A program made the translations under genes and the position numbers. From Intoshia linei (Eukaryota; Animalia; Orthonectida), in contig LWCA01000023.1 of assembly GCA_001642005.1 (NCBI GenBank), forward strand, positions 1 through 64,000: a DNA stretch of 64,000 bases, in the 5' to 3' direction. The notes under the pieces are model-generated. The model did not search any database and was not told the DNA's origin. It was given only the letters and a program-made list of their open reading frames with translations. Shown here piece by piece: positions 12,401 through 25,000 of the stretch (position 1 is the first letter of the stretch; the number at the start of each line of letters is the position of its first letter).

Positions 12401-15400
12401 TATAAAGATGCGCAAAATTATCGTCTAGCGAATCATAAACACTGAATTGATAAAAAACCGATTCCAATGAGAAAACTGAATAAATATAAAAAAATATAAA
12501 TTGGAAAATTAATTGTTATGGAAATAATTATTACTATGAAATTTACTATACAAAATAAATTAAATTTTGCTCATTTTCATATTTTGAAGTGCTTTGCCCC
12601 AGGGTTTTTTTTAATCGTTTTTATATAATTTTTTGATAATTGTGTATCATTCAACCCCATCTTTCACGTATGGGATGGCACTTTTGTATTTTCGCAAAAA
12701 AGTGAAAAAATTTACATCCCTAATATACATATTATATTGTAGGTAAAGATACTCTAAACCAGTAAATCGCAACGTGTTCCATGTGTATTTGGATAGTGTT
12801 CACAGATAATTTTTGGTGGTCCATATAGACCAGTGGTTCCCAATTCAAATAATGTACGGACCCCATTTCAAAATATTTAATTTTTTTGAACCCAACGGAA
12901 ACATTGTTTTATTTGTTTAATTTAATTTAATTCGGAAAATTTAAACAATTGTTAAAAAATTAAATGTTTTTTCTCATAAGATTGGTTTTTTCAAAAAAAT
13001 ATCGGTAAAAGTCGATTTTACCCTGAGTCTTTGAAATGGTATTTTTTATTAAATTTTATTCATGGTGGGATAAAAGTGGGATTTTCAAAATAATAATGTA
13101 GCGGTCGTCTAGGCTTTGGGATAAATTCTCAACATCTGGCAACTCTGTAATAAATATTAAAAATAACAACAGTTGATAAAAAATTGTAGTAATGAGATTA
13201 ATTAAAAAAAATTTTTAAAGAACAATTTGCTTAAAATGGTATTTGTTATCAAGATCGAAATTAGCAAGCCTTCTTCAAATTATATAAAAGCTTTACATAC
13301 ACTTGTATTACAAAAATACAGATATTTACATTCTGATAAAATATTGTACCTAATAGGACTTGAATCATGATATATGGTATGACAGAGCCGAACCTATCAT
13401 ACTCGAAGCCTTAAAATAAACCACGCAAAATCCTTTTTCCAACCATGCGTATTGATATAAATAATAACCCATTCTCCACGGTCCTGCATTTGACAGACAA
13501 AACAGTTATAAAATTTAAAAATGTATTATTTTTTGACGCTTAATTAGGGGAAAAGGTGCTTTTATTTTACAACATTTTTGTCGAATCAACCGATGAGGTT
13601 TCGATATGGTAGTTTCAGATCCGTGTCGGCGTTTACCTTACTTTTCTACTTTACATTACCTTATTTTAGGGTCACAAATTCAATTAAAAATTTTTTATTT
13701 TCTACTCATTGCCTAATCTTTAATTTAAGTTAATCACCAAATTGTTTAAAAAAATTATTAGTGGGCTACAAACAAGTGGTTAAGGTACACTTACTATAAA
13801 TTAAATATTTAGTCTTTATAAAAATTGTTAAAATCACTATGCGGGAGATTTTATCTACGATTTTAGTAAATAGGGCATATTATAATCCTACAAAATAAAT
13901 TTTTATTTTGATGTTTAGGCAGCTAGATGGCTATGGTACATATCAGCCGATTTACACATGTATTTGGTTGCTCCATTTTTCATCGTAATACTATATAGGT
14001 ATTTAATATTTAAGTCATTAGAGAAGTCATTCTCAAATTTTATTCAAGCTTATTTAAACAAGGGTAGCGTCTCTTAAAGTAATTAAGTAATTAGTATCAT
14101 TAATTATTATAAATCTCTTCAATTTTTAAAATACTTTGGTTTGTGTTCTTATTCTTACTTATATAACTTACTTGTACGTTGTTGTTTATAAAACAAAAAT
14201 GGCTAGAAATGTCTGTTTATATGCATTTATTAGAAAAGTAGAAGAAAACAAATGCACTGTCAAAACCACAAATTACTTTTTTTTACAAATGAAAAGAGTT
14301 TTTGAATTTTAAAAAACACAAAGTCTTAGACAGTTTTTAAAATCATCAGTATTATTATAAATTTCCAACCTTAAAAACTTTTGCATCTCCATAATAAAAA
14401 GTTCAAACTACCCAGAATTTTAATAAATGAAAAAAACTAAAAACGAGAAAAGCCCTAGAATTTAAATAAAAGAGCTAATGCAGTTATTACCATTTGACAT
14501 AAAAAAATTCAATATCAGTTATGATTTATTTACTTAATGAATTATTCACTAATTAATAATAATAATAAATTGAATGCATTACTACATGTATAATATAATA
14601 CATAATTATGTACTGTAATATAAAATTAATGTTGTAATTTTAAAATTCATCAATTTTTAGAAAACCAAAATATGGAGTCATTCTATATTCAATAATTGCA
14701 ATGTTTATAATTTTTTATACTGGGATCCTTACCTATACTAGACAATTTCCAATTTTTATAAATCACTCAATACGGGATTCGCTAAAATCGTAAAAAATTA
14801 TTACGTTAATATTAAATTGTATTAGATTTGACATGATGAATACTATTTATTTTCCAACATGGTTTCATTTTCATTCCTATTTGATTGGCATTCTATGTGC
14901 TTATGTTGTTTACAATAACAAATACAAGAAAATACAATTTACATCAAAGGTAACTTGAGTTTAAAGTAATTCAATAATCATTCTTGAAATCCGATCAAAT
15001 TTAGTGGTTCTAAATCTTTTCATGTTGCGTCACCCAATTCATAAATTTGAAAATCTGGAATCAACCATAATGTAATAGTGTTGACAGCTGCCAGTGCTTA
15101 TTCCTTAAATTAAAATTACCGTATTTAGGCAACCAATAAAATTATATGGACAATTTTAATAATACTAATATCAATAATTGCATTTTACTCCAACAACGCT
15201 TTATACGAGGAACAATCTTTACAGTTTAAAACGATATACAATGCAATCATGCCATTCGTTTGGTCGTCCAGTGTATCTTGGATAATTTATTCTTGTGCAA
15301 CAAATAATTGTAGTAATTTTTAAATTTTCGTTTATCTAGCCGGTAGAATTAAAATATTATGATATCAGCATTTTCCATGACAGATGAAAATAACATGATT

Positions 15401-16020
15401 ACAACCCACTTCAGATATCATTGAATTAAATAGTTAATATTACTCGTCTATCGGCATATACATGTATATTAATGTGTAAATCTAAATCCACGTGATAATA
15501 TCGATATTTTTATTTTCCCAATGTACCATCCATCAAATTCATTCAATCCGCGTTAAAATTAAAATTAATAAAACTTACTTATTAACGTATCAAATAATTT
15601 GAGCGCCATTTTATGCACAGGTAATATTTCAGATACGAATTGTATGTTTCTTAGGTTTTATCATTATTTTTTAATTTCAATATAGATTGGTTGAATTATT
15701 TATTGTCCAATCATTATTTTAAATTACAAAGCAGATTGACTTATGCACTTTATATCACACATCCATTTGTGCAAAGATATTTCTTTTTCAATTTAAGTCA
15801 GCCTTTATATTTCCAGCCAGTAGTTCACGTAATATTTTTTTATTAAAAATTACAATACGTTTGATAAAACATTATTTAGATATTTATCTTCTTTGGATTA
15901 TGTTTAGTCAACACGTTTGTATCGATAATTGTAACAGTCTTAATTCAATATCCAATCAACAATTTATTCAACATCAAAGTCAATCAAATGAAATTGTCAA
16001 CTAATAAAAGTAAACAGTAA
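9421..16020 (+). CDS. NRF-6-like membrane O-acyltransferase, paralog 2 (complete, multi-exon)
   Basis: Signal peptide MIIVFFILLSSS; LDALGKPPSG...YGSFEIC, YGACLPEKC, IHCLHGLR, VDTFFVMSGFL, WLWYISADLHMY, SRLTYALYITHP; intron positions match paralog 1; stop TAA 16018-16020. Confidence 0.88.
11219..12749 (-). mobile_element. Near-complete non-autonomous Helitron-like element with a nested hAT MITE
   Basis: 3' end: hairpin CTGTTATGTAC-TAC-GTACAAACAG (11228-11251) then CTAG^T (11219-11222); degenerate 5' TC end at about 12749; no TSD. Confidence 0.7.
12184..12722. mobile_element. hATm-like MITE
   Basis: TIR TAGCGGTGTAAA / TTTACATCCCTA; perfect 8-bp TSD ATATACAT; 5' part similar to the ends at 37765 and 56696. 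Confidence 0.8.
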
Positions 16021-16096
16021 ATATTCACATTGGAAAATAAGAATTTTGAAATTGAAATTGAAATTGAAATAAATTTATAAACGTAACATTTTAATA

Positions 16097-19000
16097 CTAA
16101 TCATTAATTTCATCCAAATAAAACTTGTACATATCACTGTATCGTTCATATGCAGACTAAATTTATCATATTTTAGAAATTGATTAAAATATTAAAAAAA
16201 TAAGATATACAAAATTTACTATAAGATTTTGTACCATTTTCATATTTGAAATAAAGATTCTTCAGGTAATAAATTTAGATCAAGTCCATTATTGATTAAA
16301 ATCCAATAAAATAGGAAATTCAAAAAGTCAAATGAATCAGATTTTATCATTTAAATTATGATTTATGGTTACAATAACTTTAATATTAATAATTAATTAA
16401 AAACCTTTCGATAAAAGAAATTTTTATCCATATCAAAAGTGATATCCAAAAATTCGATGAGATAATTAATTTTAACATTAATTTTTTTAATTAATTTTTG
16501 AGTTTCCCTGTCAGCCTGGGCTGCAACAATATTGATTTTACGTTGAGCTAAATATTAAGTAATAAATTAATTCTTATAAGAATTATGATTGTGTGAATAT
16601 CGAGTTTTAAAATAACAAGCTGAATTATTCTAAATACAAATTAGTAGTTGTATTGCAATATTTAATTCGAATCAATTTAATTTTCAAATATTTTTGAAAA
16701 GGTAATGGACCAATGGACGACGTTTAAGAGTCTTTTTGTAATGAATGGTTAGTGGACCGTTGGCATATCAACGAATCCACGCTACTTTGTTTGAGAAATA
16801 GCAATTATAGTTTATGATATTTACCTAGTATTGGACTGGAAGAATTAAATTTCATATTGAATACAGTTTGAAAGATATTTTCAATGGGCGACATCAAAAT
16901 ATATTTATTCAAGTCTAAATAAAAAAAATGTACACATTAACTGAAAATAACCATCAATAAAATCGTAATAGACTTGCAAAATAGTCAAAATTTTTGATAT
17001 ATCTACAGATTTTAATGTAAGAACCTAAACATTAAGGTTTAAATTACTTACAATTTACAGGATGTTAATATTAATAGGATGTATAAATTTTACTGTATTT
17101 TCAAAGTGTCTACGTTTAAAAATCAATTCTTGTTTGATAATTTTTTTGTCTTTATCCGATAAATGATTAAATTTATCTGCCCATTTATCTAGATAATAAG
17201 TATACAATATCAAAAAATACAGTACATTGTCATTGTACTTAATTTTTATATTTTTTAAATGTATGCTACTGTCCGCTCAGAAATTCATAGCAATTATAAC
17301 ATACAATTGAAATTATATTGAAATTTTTTCAATATCATTCCAAAACTGAGATAAAAATTCAACAAGTAATCATTATTATATACAACTACAAAATAACCCA
17401 TGGCTTTAAATATTTTTAGTTATCAAAAAGTGAATAAGTTAGTTCGTTATCTTAAATTGCCTGAAATTGTAAACGGAAATTATAGCATACATTATAAAAA
17501 AATAACCATATTTATTATTTTTGAGATAATGTATAAATTTCATTTTGTTATTGTTAACATGATTTTTATAATCTAAATCATTTAATAATGGACGGCAGGA
17601 TATTTTAACAGACTCTTCATTTATTTCTTCTGCATACAATATATGACTGCAGAGATCTTTCGTTTGTAAAATTAAAACGTAATTGCAAATATTTTCTTCA
17701 TATATTGTTATTTTTTCCACACCTCCTTTGCTACACATTATCTACAATTTAATATAATAATAAAAGCAATACCATTCTCCAATACCAATATCGACAATGG
17801 ACAAATTTTAAAATTTCTTGTTAATTAAATTAAAAAATGTTATTTTTACCATAACAGGAAATTTTTTAATATTTTCTAGTCTCAATTTTCCAAATTATAA
17901 TTTAATTTTAAAAAATTCAGTTCTTTTATTTTTATTGTACTATTCATTTATAAATTTGCAATTTGCAATTTGCAAATAATACTTTTCTAGTAGTTAAAGC
18001 AGTTTGACCTTATCATTTAACTATATAAAGAACATGTAAATAAATGATCCTTACCTTCACAACAGTTGAACGAAATGCGTCAATTTCTTTGCAGTATTTT
18101 CCAATTATATACTTTTGTTCAATATACCCATCCTATTAAATTAAGAATTGTAAAAAACAAAATAATAACAGTAGACAATAAAAGACAAAATACGTACTTT
18201 AAGTGTAAAAGAATCTTCCTCGTATGACCCAAGAGACGTTTCTCTAATTTCTTCATCCTTTATACCTACATTATGATGACATAATTATAAATAATATAAA
18301 ATTTGTTATAATAAATATTATGTCAATAATGTATAATTATTTAATATTAATCTTTTTTGAATACACGTGAGAAATAATCATCAAGAAATAAATTATATGA
18401 ATCGATACATAATGGTATTTACTTCTAATGAACATACAATATTACGTATGCGTTCATAGATTGATTCACGCTATTGTAGTGATAGCTACTATGCTACTAT
18501 GTAGAATATAGTAGCAATAAAAAAAATAAAGGAACTCTGATGAATATTAACCATAAACCAGATACCATAATAATTATAAAAAATTGCGATTTCTTTAGAT
18601 TTAGATCTAATGCTAACAATTTATCGCAATATTTTTATCAATAAAAAATTTAAAAATCTAAATTAACACTAATGTAAATAATACAATATTAATATGTAAT
18701 TAATGTGTCATTGAACACAAATACATTAATAATGCGTTAATCAATGTATTTTTTATCAATTATCATTATTTTACTGTATATCTGCCTAATCATCGTAGTA
18801 ACCGTATCCATGATTTCATCGCTATAACGTTATACTCTCAATACAGCCATAAATATTTAATTAAAAAAATGGCGGTATTGATATCCTGATTGTATTTTGT
18901 TTTTTCATCCTTTCTAATCAATATGTAAATACAAGAGTTAACAACCAGTGTGCGCTAAAACAGTTCCCTATAAATTAATCATGCAAAACAAATAAATGCA

Positions 19001-22000
19001 TTGTCACTAAAATTTAATCTGCTTAAAGTGGTGACATATGTAATACAAATGTTAATTTGTAGCTATTTTAACGTGGAAAATAATAATAATTTATCCTTAG
19101 TTTTTTAAATATGACATTTGAACAACATTAAAATTTGAATAAAAACAAAATGCAAAATAATATTAAAAATACAATGGAAAACGCTACTGAGGAATATGAT
19201 GGGTACCTTTTTTCAACCGATTCGGTAATTGAAATATCTGCACCGAAAACCCGAAGATCTGGCATTCATTCGTTAACGTGTACAGAAATCAACATAAAGC
19301 GTACAACTATAAGTTTAGCCAACAAATTATGTTCAATCAATAGGATAGATACTATGAATAAATTCAGAAAAGTTTATAATGACAGATTGGCTTAATTTTA
19401 CACGTCATAAAATGTCTAAAACAAATGCCAGCCTATAAAAGAATCGAACACTGTGAGATACGGTTTTGTGATAATATGAAAGACGTCATTATGCACATAC
19501 AAGATTGCAAGGACCGCAAAAAATGTAAAATACCTCATTGCTTTTCAACCAGATTGATACTCTCACATGTCACAGATTGTGCAATTCCATCTTGTTTACG
19601 TTGTGAACCTCTGGTAATTCCGTGTGAATGTAAACACTCCTAAACGTGGCCAAAATTTCCACAAAAAAAAAAACAATTTTTACATTGTTAATAAATTTTT
19701 AATTTTAAACTATGAATTATGTATGTAGTCTTCGTCATGAAAATTTAATGCATCTTATAGTGTAATAATCGTTGTTTTTCATCAACCAAATCTGAAAGAT
19801 TATCGAATTTATGGTATATACTAGAATTCTGCATCGGATAATAATATGTTGAGGTAATATGTACGAACGAAACGAAAAACTTTTGTCAGAAACACGAAAT
19901 ACTTCAAGACAATTAAAATTTAATATGAAACAGAAAAATTTTGTAAACTAAATGTTATTAATAATTAACAAAATAACAAATTTATAGTCGAATTAAAAAA
20001 TACCATTTAAAGTCGGTATGCAGTAATTACCCTATGGTTTCTGAAATAGACAATAGGTTATTAGGGACAGCTGTTAAAACAGAAATACGGATAGACTTGT
20101 TTAACATATTTCCGTGGTACGAAATTGAGAAAAAGTTTCCTCACTCTGCTGTCATATGCAGAGAGACTAGATAGGTTCTGCCGTCCTTTACACGTGAACA
20201 ACAAGTCATGATCTCGTCTTACGTAGACATGGTAAGAGAGTACATGATGAAAAGACTCCCGAGTATGTGGACAACGAACATCTGTCGAGCAACATAGTGA
20301 CTAAAATACTTAAGAAAGGTTTGAAACAAAAGAAGTTCAGTATAAAGGATATGACTATTATAATTTAATTTAATATTCTGGTCGTATATTGAAATCTATA
20401 CGCGACATAAGGTACGTTAGAGAATACGCTATTATAAATAATATCATAGTTGATACTATAGGTGTCTTATCGTTGGATAAATTTCCGAGATATGTAACAA
20501 AGTTGTTAAGTAAAGACGATATCAAAAATTTCAACGAGATAGCGTGTCTCCATTTGCATAAATGCAAGAATTCATTGATAGATGTACTGCAGAATAGAGT
20601 TTTAGATTTAAAGAAAACGACCAAAGCATGAAGAAATTGCAATTGTTCAGAAATTACCAAAAGCAGAGCTCATCTGACAATAGTCTCAACAAGATTTATA
20701 AGCGTAAAACCGGAAAATCAGTCGCTAAAAAGATAAAGGCCAAGATTAACAAACGAATATTCATATTCATATACTGAATGTTCGGACGGAGTATATCTCG
20801 GACTCTTCGAGTTCAGTGATGATGTTAAAAAAAGTGTGTATTATGAAAAGTCTAACAAATAAATACTTAGTACTTACACTGATATAGAATACAGGTTATC
20901 TTATAATAAAACCCGACCAGTATTACTTATTTACCATGAAAAAAAACTGTGATCAGTGATCAGTGATCAGTGATCAGTACTCGACACGATACATACATTA
21001 ACGGATTTTACTTATTTCCTTTTTGAGACGTTATCGATAACTGATAAAATTTATTTTTTAAATAAATTAATAATTTTTTAGAGACTAAAACAAATGTACT
21101 GTTTGGCTCAAATTCGTTTAAAAAAAAATGTAATTGAAAAAATGAATGGAAATTTAAAGCAACAGGTACAAAATTCAATTGACTCAAGAAATCAAGCCTG
21201 CTGACCATTTGAAGCGTCGTACGTCGCAGATTGGGTGCACGAGTAAAAACAAATCGATGATGATTTTTTACAAAAAATTATCTTTAGTGATAAAGCCCAT
21301 TTCCATCTAAGTCAGGGACGTCCAACCCGTGTGTCGAAAATTTTCGAAACTCACAATAATACTGGATCTGGGATAAATTTGCCATAAAAACGCCTTCATA
21401 ATTTCTAATTAACAATACATGTTTTACTATCAAAATAATGTTGATTGTACTATTTTTATAATGTCAGTGATGCTGATCTTAATATATCCAAGATAATAAC
21501 TTCAACATATTTTTGTTTCTGATTCAAAAATATCGTTAAACCAATAAATATTTATGTTGTCACTCAATACTTAATATTTTCACAATCACTTATATTAAGA
21601 TTTAATCTTGATTATTTTTTTACCACACCACCATTTTATCATGTTATCGATTACTAAGAAGAGAAAAATAAAAGATAAAAAAAGAAAATTTAATAGCTTA
21701 TGGACAGAGAAATACTTTGTAATTCAAGTAGAAAATGAAATAGTCTGCCTCATATGTAATGATAAGATGGCCATTTGCAAGGAGTATAATATTAACCGTC
21801 ACTATTATGCTAAGCACGAGTCACAATATAGTGGATTAAACAAAGAAAAAAGAAAAATTAAAATAGATGAGTTAAGGAAAACACTCAGTTCACAACAAAG
21901 TATCCTTAAAAAGCATCTTATTAAAAATAGTGCAAGTACATTGGTTAGTTATTTAATAGCTGAAAAACTGACTCAGACAGGAAAACCTCTGATAGACGCA

Positions 22001-25000
22001 AAATTGATAAAAGAATGCATTACAATTGCTTTTAAAGAATACTGTCCAGAGAAAGTAGCCTTATTCAATGAAACGAGTCTGTCACATCAGACAATTGGTA
22101 GAAGAATTGATAAATTAGCAGACAGTATTGTGGAAACATTGCAGACTCAATTATCTAAATGTGTTCACTACAGCCTAGCATTGGACGAAAGTACAGACCA
22201 AAGTGACACCGCGCAATTGGCCATTTTCATAAGATGAATTGATATCAACTTTAACATCATTGAAGAAATGCTAGACTTGTGCCATATGAAGGGTACGACA
22301 ACTGGAAAAGACATAATGGATCATGTTAACGTATCGTTGATAAACATCGAAAAAATAATAATCGATAAAAATCGAAAGGATCGTCGTTTATAGTCATTGA
22401 GTTAATTTTCTCTGAGTTGGAATGAGTTATCCTCGATAAAAAGTCCGCAGATAAATTTTTATCACCTGATCGGTATACAGATTTAAAAATAAATTCCTCT
22501 AGACACAGCAACCAACGCATCGTCATATTATCCACTTTATTTGAATCACGTATGTTTACAATAGGGTTATGGTTTGTAATGTGAGTAAATACTTTCCCCA
22601 GTAAGTAGTATTTAAACTTGTGAGCTGCCCAAAAAAGTGCATATAACTCCTTTTTAAATACACTATATCTCCGCTGAGAGGGAGTAAATAATTTACTTGC
22701 AAAAGAAACAATTTTGCCGTTTGGACTTAATATAGCACCAACTCCATTATTGGAAGCATCCGTTTTCAATTGAAATGATGATACAAAATTTGTATGTATG
22801 ATTAAGGGAGGAGATGACAACATAATCTTTAACTTAACAAACGAAGGATTAGTCATTGCTCCATACAAATTTCTTCCTTTTTTTAGTAGTGATCTAATAG
22901 GGTATAAAATATCTGAGTAGTTTTTGAGGAAACGGCTGTGGTAGTTACATAATCCTATTAACCTACGTGCTTCCTGTACATTCTTTGGTTGGTTGAGTTT
23001 GAGAATAGCATCGACTTTATCGTTATCCATTCTTACTGTTGATCCATTAATCACTTTTTTTACATAGTCAGTTTTTATCGTATTTTTTGTATATATTATT
23101 TTCGTGATCCATTAAATTAAAAAAATAATATCAAATTTCATTTGCATATTTCTTAAAATATCAAAAAAACAATTATTAATTGCTTTTTTTATTGCTTGCT
23201 TGCTTATTTAAAATTGCTGCATAACATGCACTGCACATTTGTAAATTTAAAAAATATTGATTGTCTTTATCATGTGATAATTTTATTTTTGTGGAAAAAT
23301 GGGCGATTCTCCAAAAAAGGTTAAGAACCACTAAACTAATGTAAAACATTGGACCGATATATAGTATAAATGTGAATCATTTGTAAAAACGAAAAAATGT
23401 ATCCATGCGTATTATGTATTTAAATCAAAAAAATTACTTAAGTTAATTAATCTACCAATAAATGAGCCCAAAAAAAAAGGAAGACCTAAATTAGAAAAAA
23501 ATAAAGTAAATTTAATTATAGTATATTCTTACTGTTCATAATTTATTTTAGTATAAAATGAAAAGAATATAACGTTTGTACAAATATATTTGAAATGTGG
23601 ACTTTATAAAATTCTAAGACGGGTAGTTATTTATATACAGCGTAACAAACAAACAAAAATCGCGTAGCATATTATATAAGTTAGGATAACATGTTTAACT
23701 TGCAATAAAACATGCCTTAACCGCAGGTATAATTTATTAAGGTACCTAAGGACAATTCTTCACATAAACAACGCTGCTAATTTTTCTAATTCTACCAATT
23801 TTTTTGACGGTACAAATTTTTCTGATACTTCTTTTTCATCTTTCTCTTCATATAATTCAATTCCAGGAAACAGTAGACTGGAATTGAAGTTATGCATCTA
23901 TGCAGACTGTCATACATCAATACGCACGATTGATCGATTGACAGGAACACTTTTCAAGATGCACAGCACCCCATTTTCTTTGAAAAACCTTAAATGATTT
24001 AAGAAATGAACCGTTTTCTCTAATATTAGACGAGTCAACGGGAATTTCTTGTGATAAACACCTTTGTATAATTGTTAGATATTGTTCACATTATTATGAT
24101 AAACATTTTTTGAAACAGCGAATATTGATATTTCGAAATGTATCGCAATTGGTATTGAACTGCATCAACAATTGAACTGCATCGGTGCATCAAACTTAAT
24201 TTATGGGCATTAAAAATTCACTGGAAAATATAAGGTTTAGATATAATATAAGGAAAATAAAATCACAGATTTAGATTAATTTGAAAAATTTATTCAAAGT
24301 AAATCTATTTATTTCCCTCTTCTTTACTTTTACAATTTCCCGAGAAATCACTAAAATAAGCCCGTTTTAGGCACTTTTCGAAATTCAGACTGCTTTGATA
24401 CAAATGTGACACTCTCTCACAGCCTTGGACCTGTGAGTCACAAGTGCACTAAATTTAACTCGTGGATTCAAAAAGATTTTTTGTTATAGTGTAATTAAGG
24501 TACATCAGTGTACTTGTGATAATTAACATAAATATATAAATAAAACCTTCTTCATGATATTGAACAATTTTTTTGTTATAACAAAAATTATATGTCCACC
24601 AAGATTCAGTCTATATTGAGATACACTTATATAAAATTTTTTAAGGATTTTCATAGTATCAACGATGTATCTGTGTATCAAACACATCATTAATGATATG
24701 CTTGACTTGATAAATTGCGATTATGAAAGTAATGATTGTAACTTTAATAAACTTTCAGGTTACCACAAAGAAAATTTTTAAAAATGTAAAAAAAGCTATA
24801 TTAACTAGTGCAACCATAAATACCAATACAAATGTAGTACGAATTAAAAACAACACAATTTCGTACTAATTAAATCGTCACAAATACCAATAACATTATT
24901 CAGTGATATACAGGATTTATTGGAAATTTGTAGACCAGTGGTTCCCAAACTTTTTCCACCATGTACCACTTGTTACAAAAAAAAATGCGTGTGGACCACA

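Noticed and set aside
19393-19395. In-frame TAA suggesting stop-codon reassignment or readthrough
   Set aside because: The downstream TAZ frame is shifted, not in frame, and TAA, TAG and TGA all end conserved genes here (e.g. HEEL-TAA).
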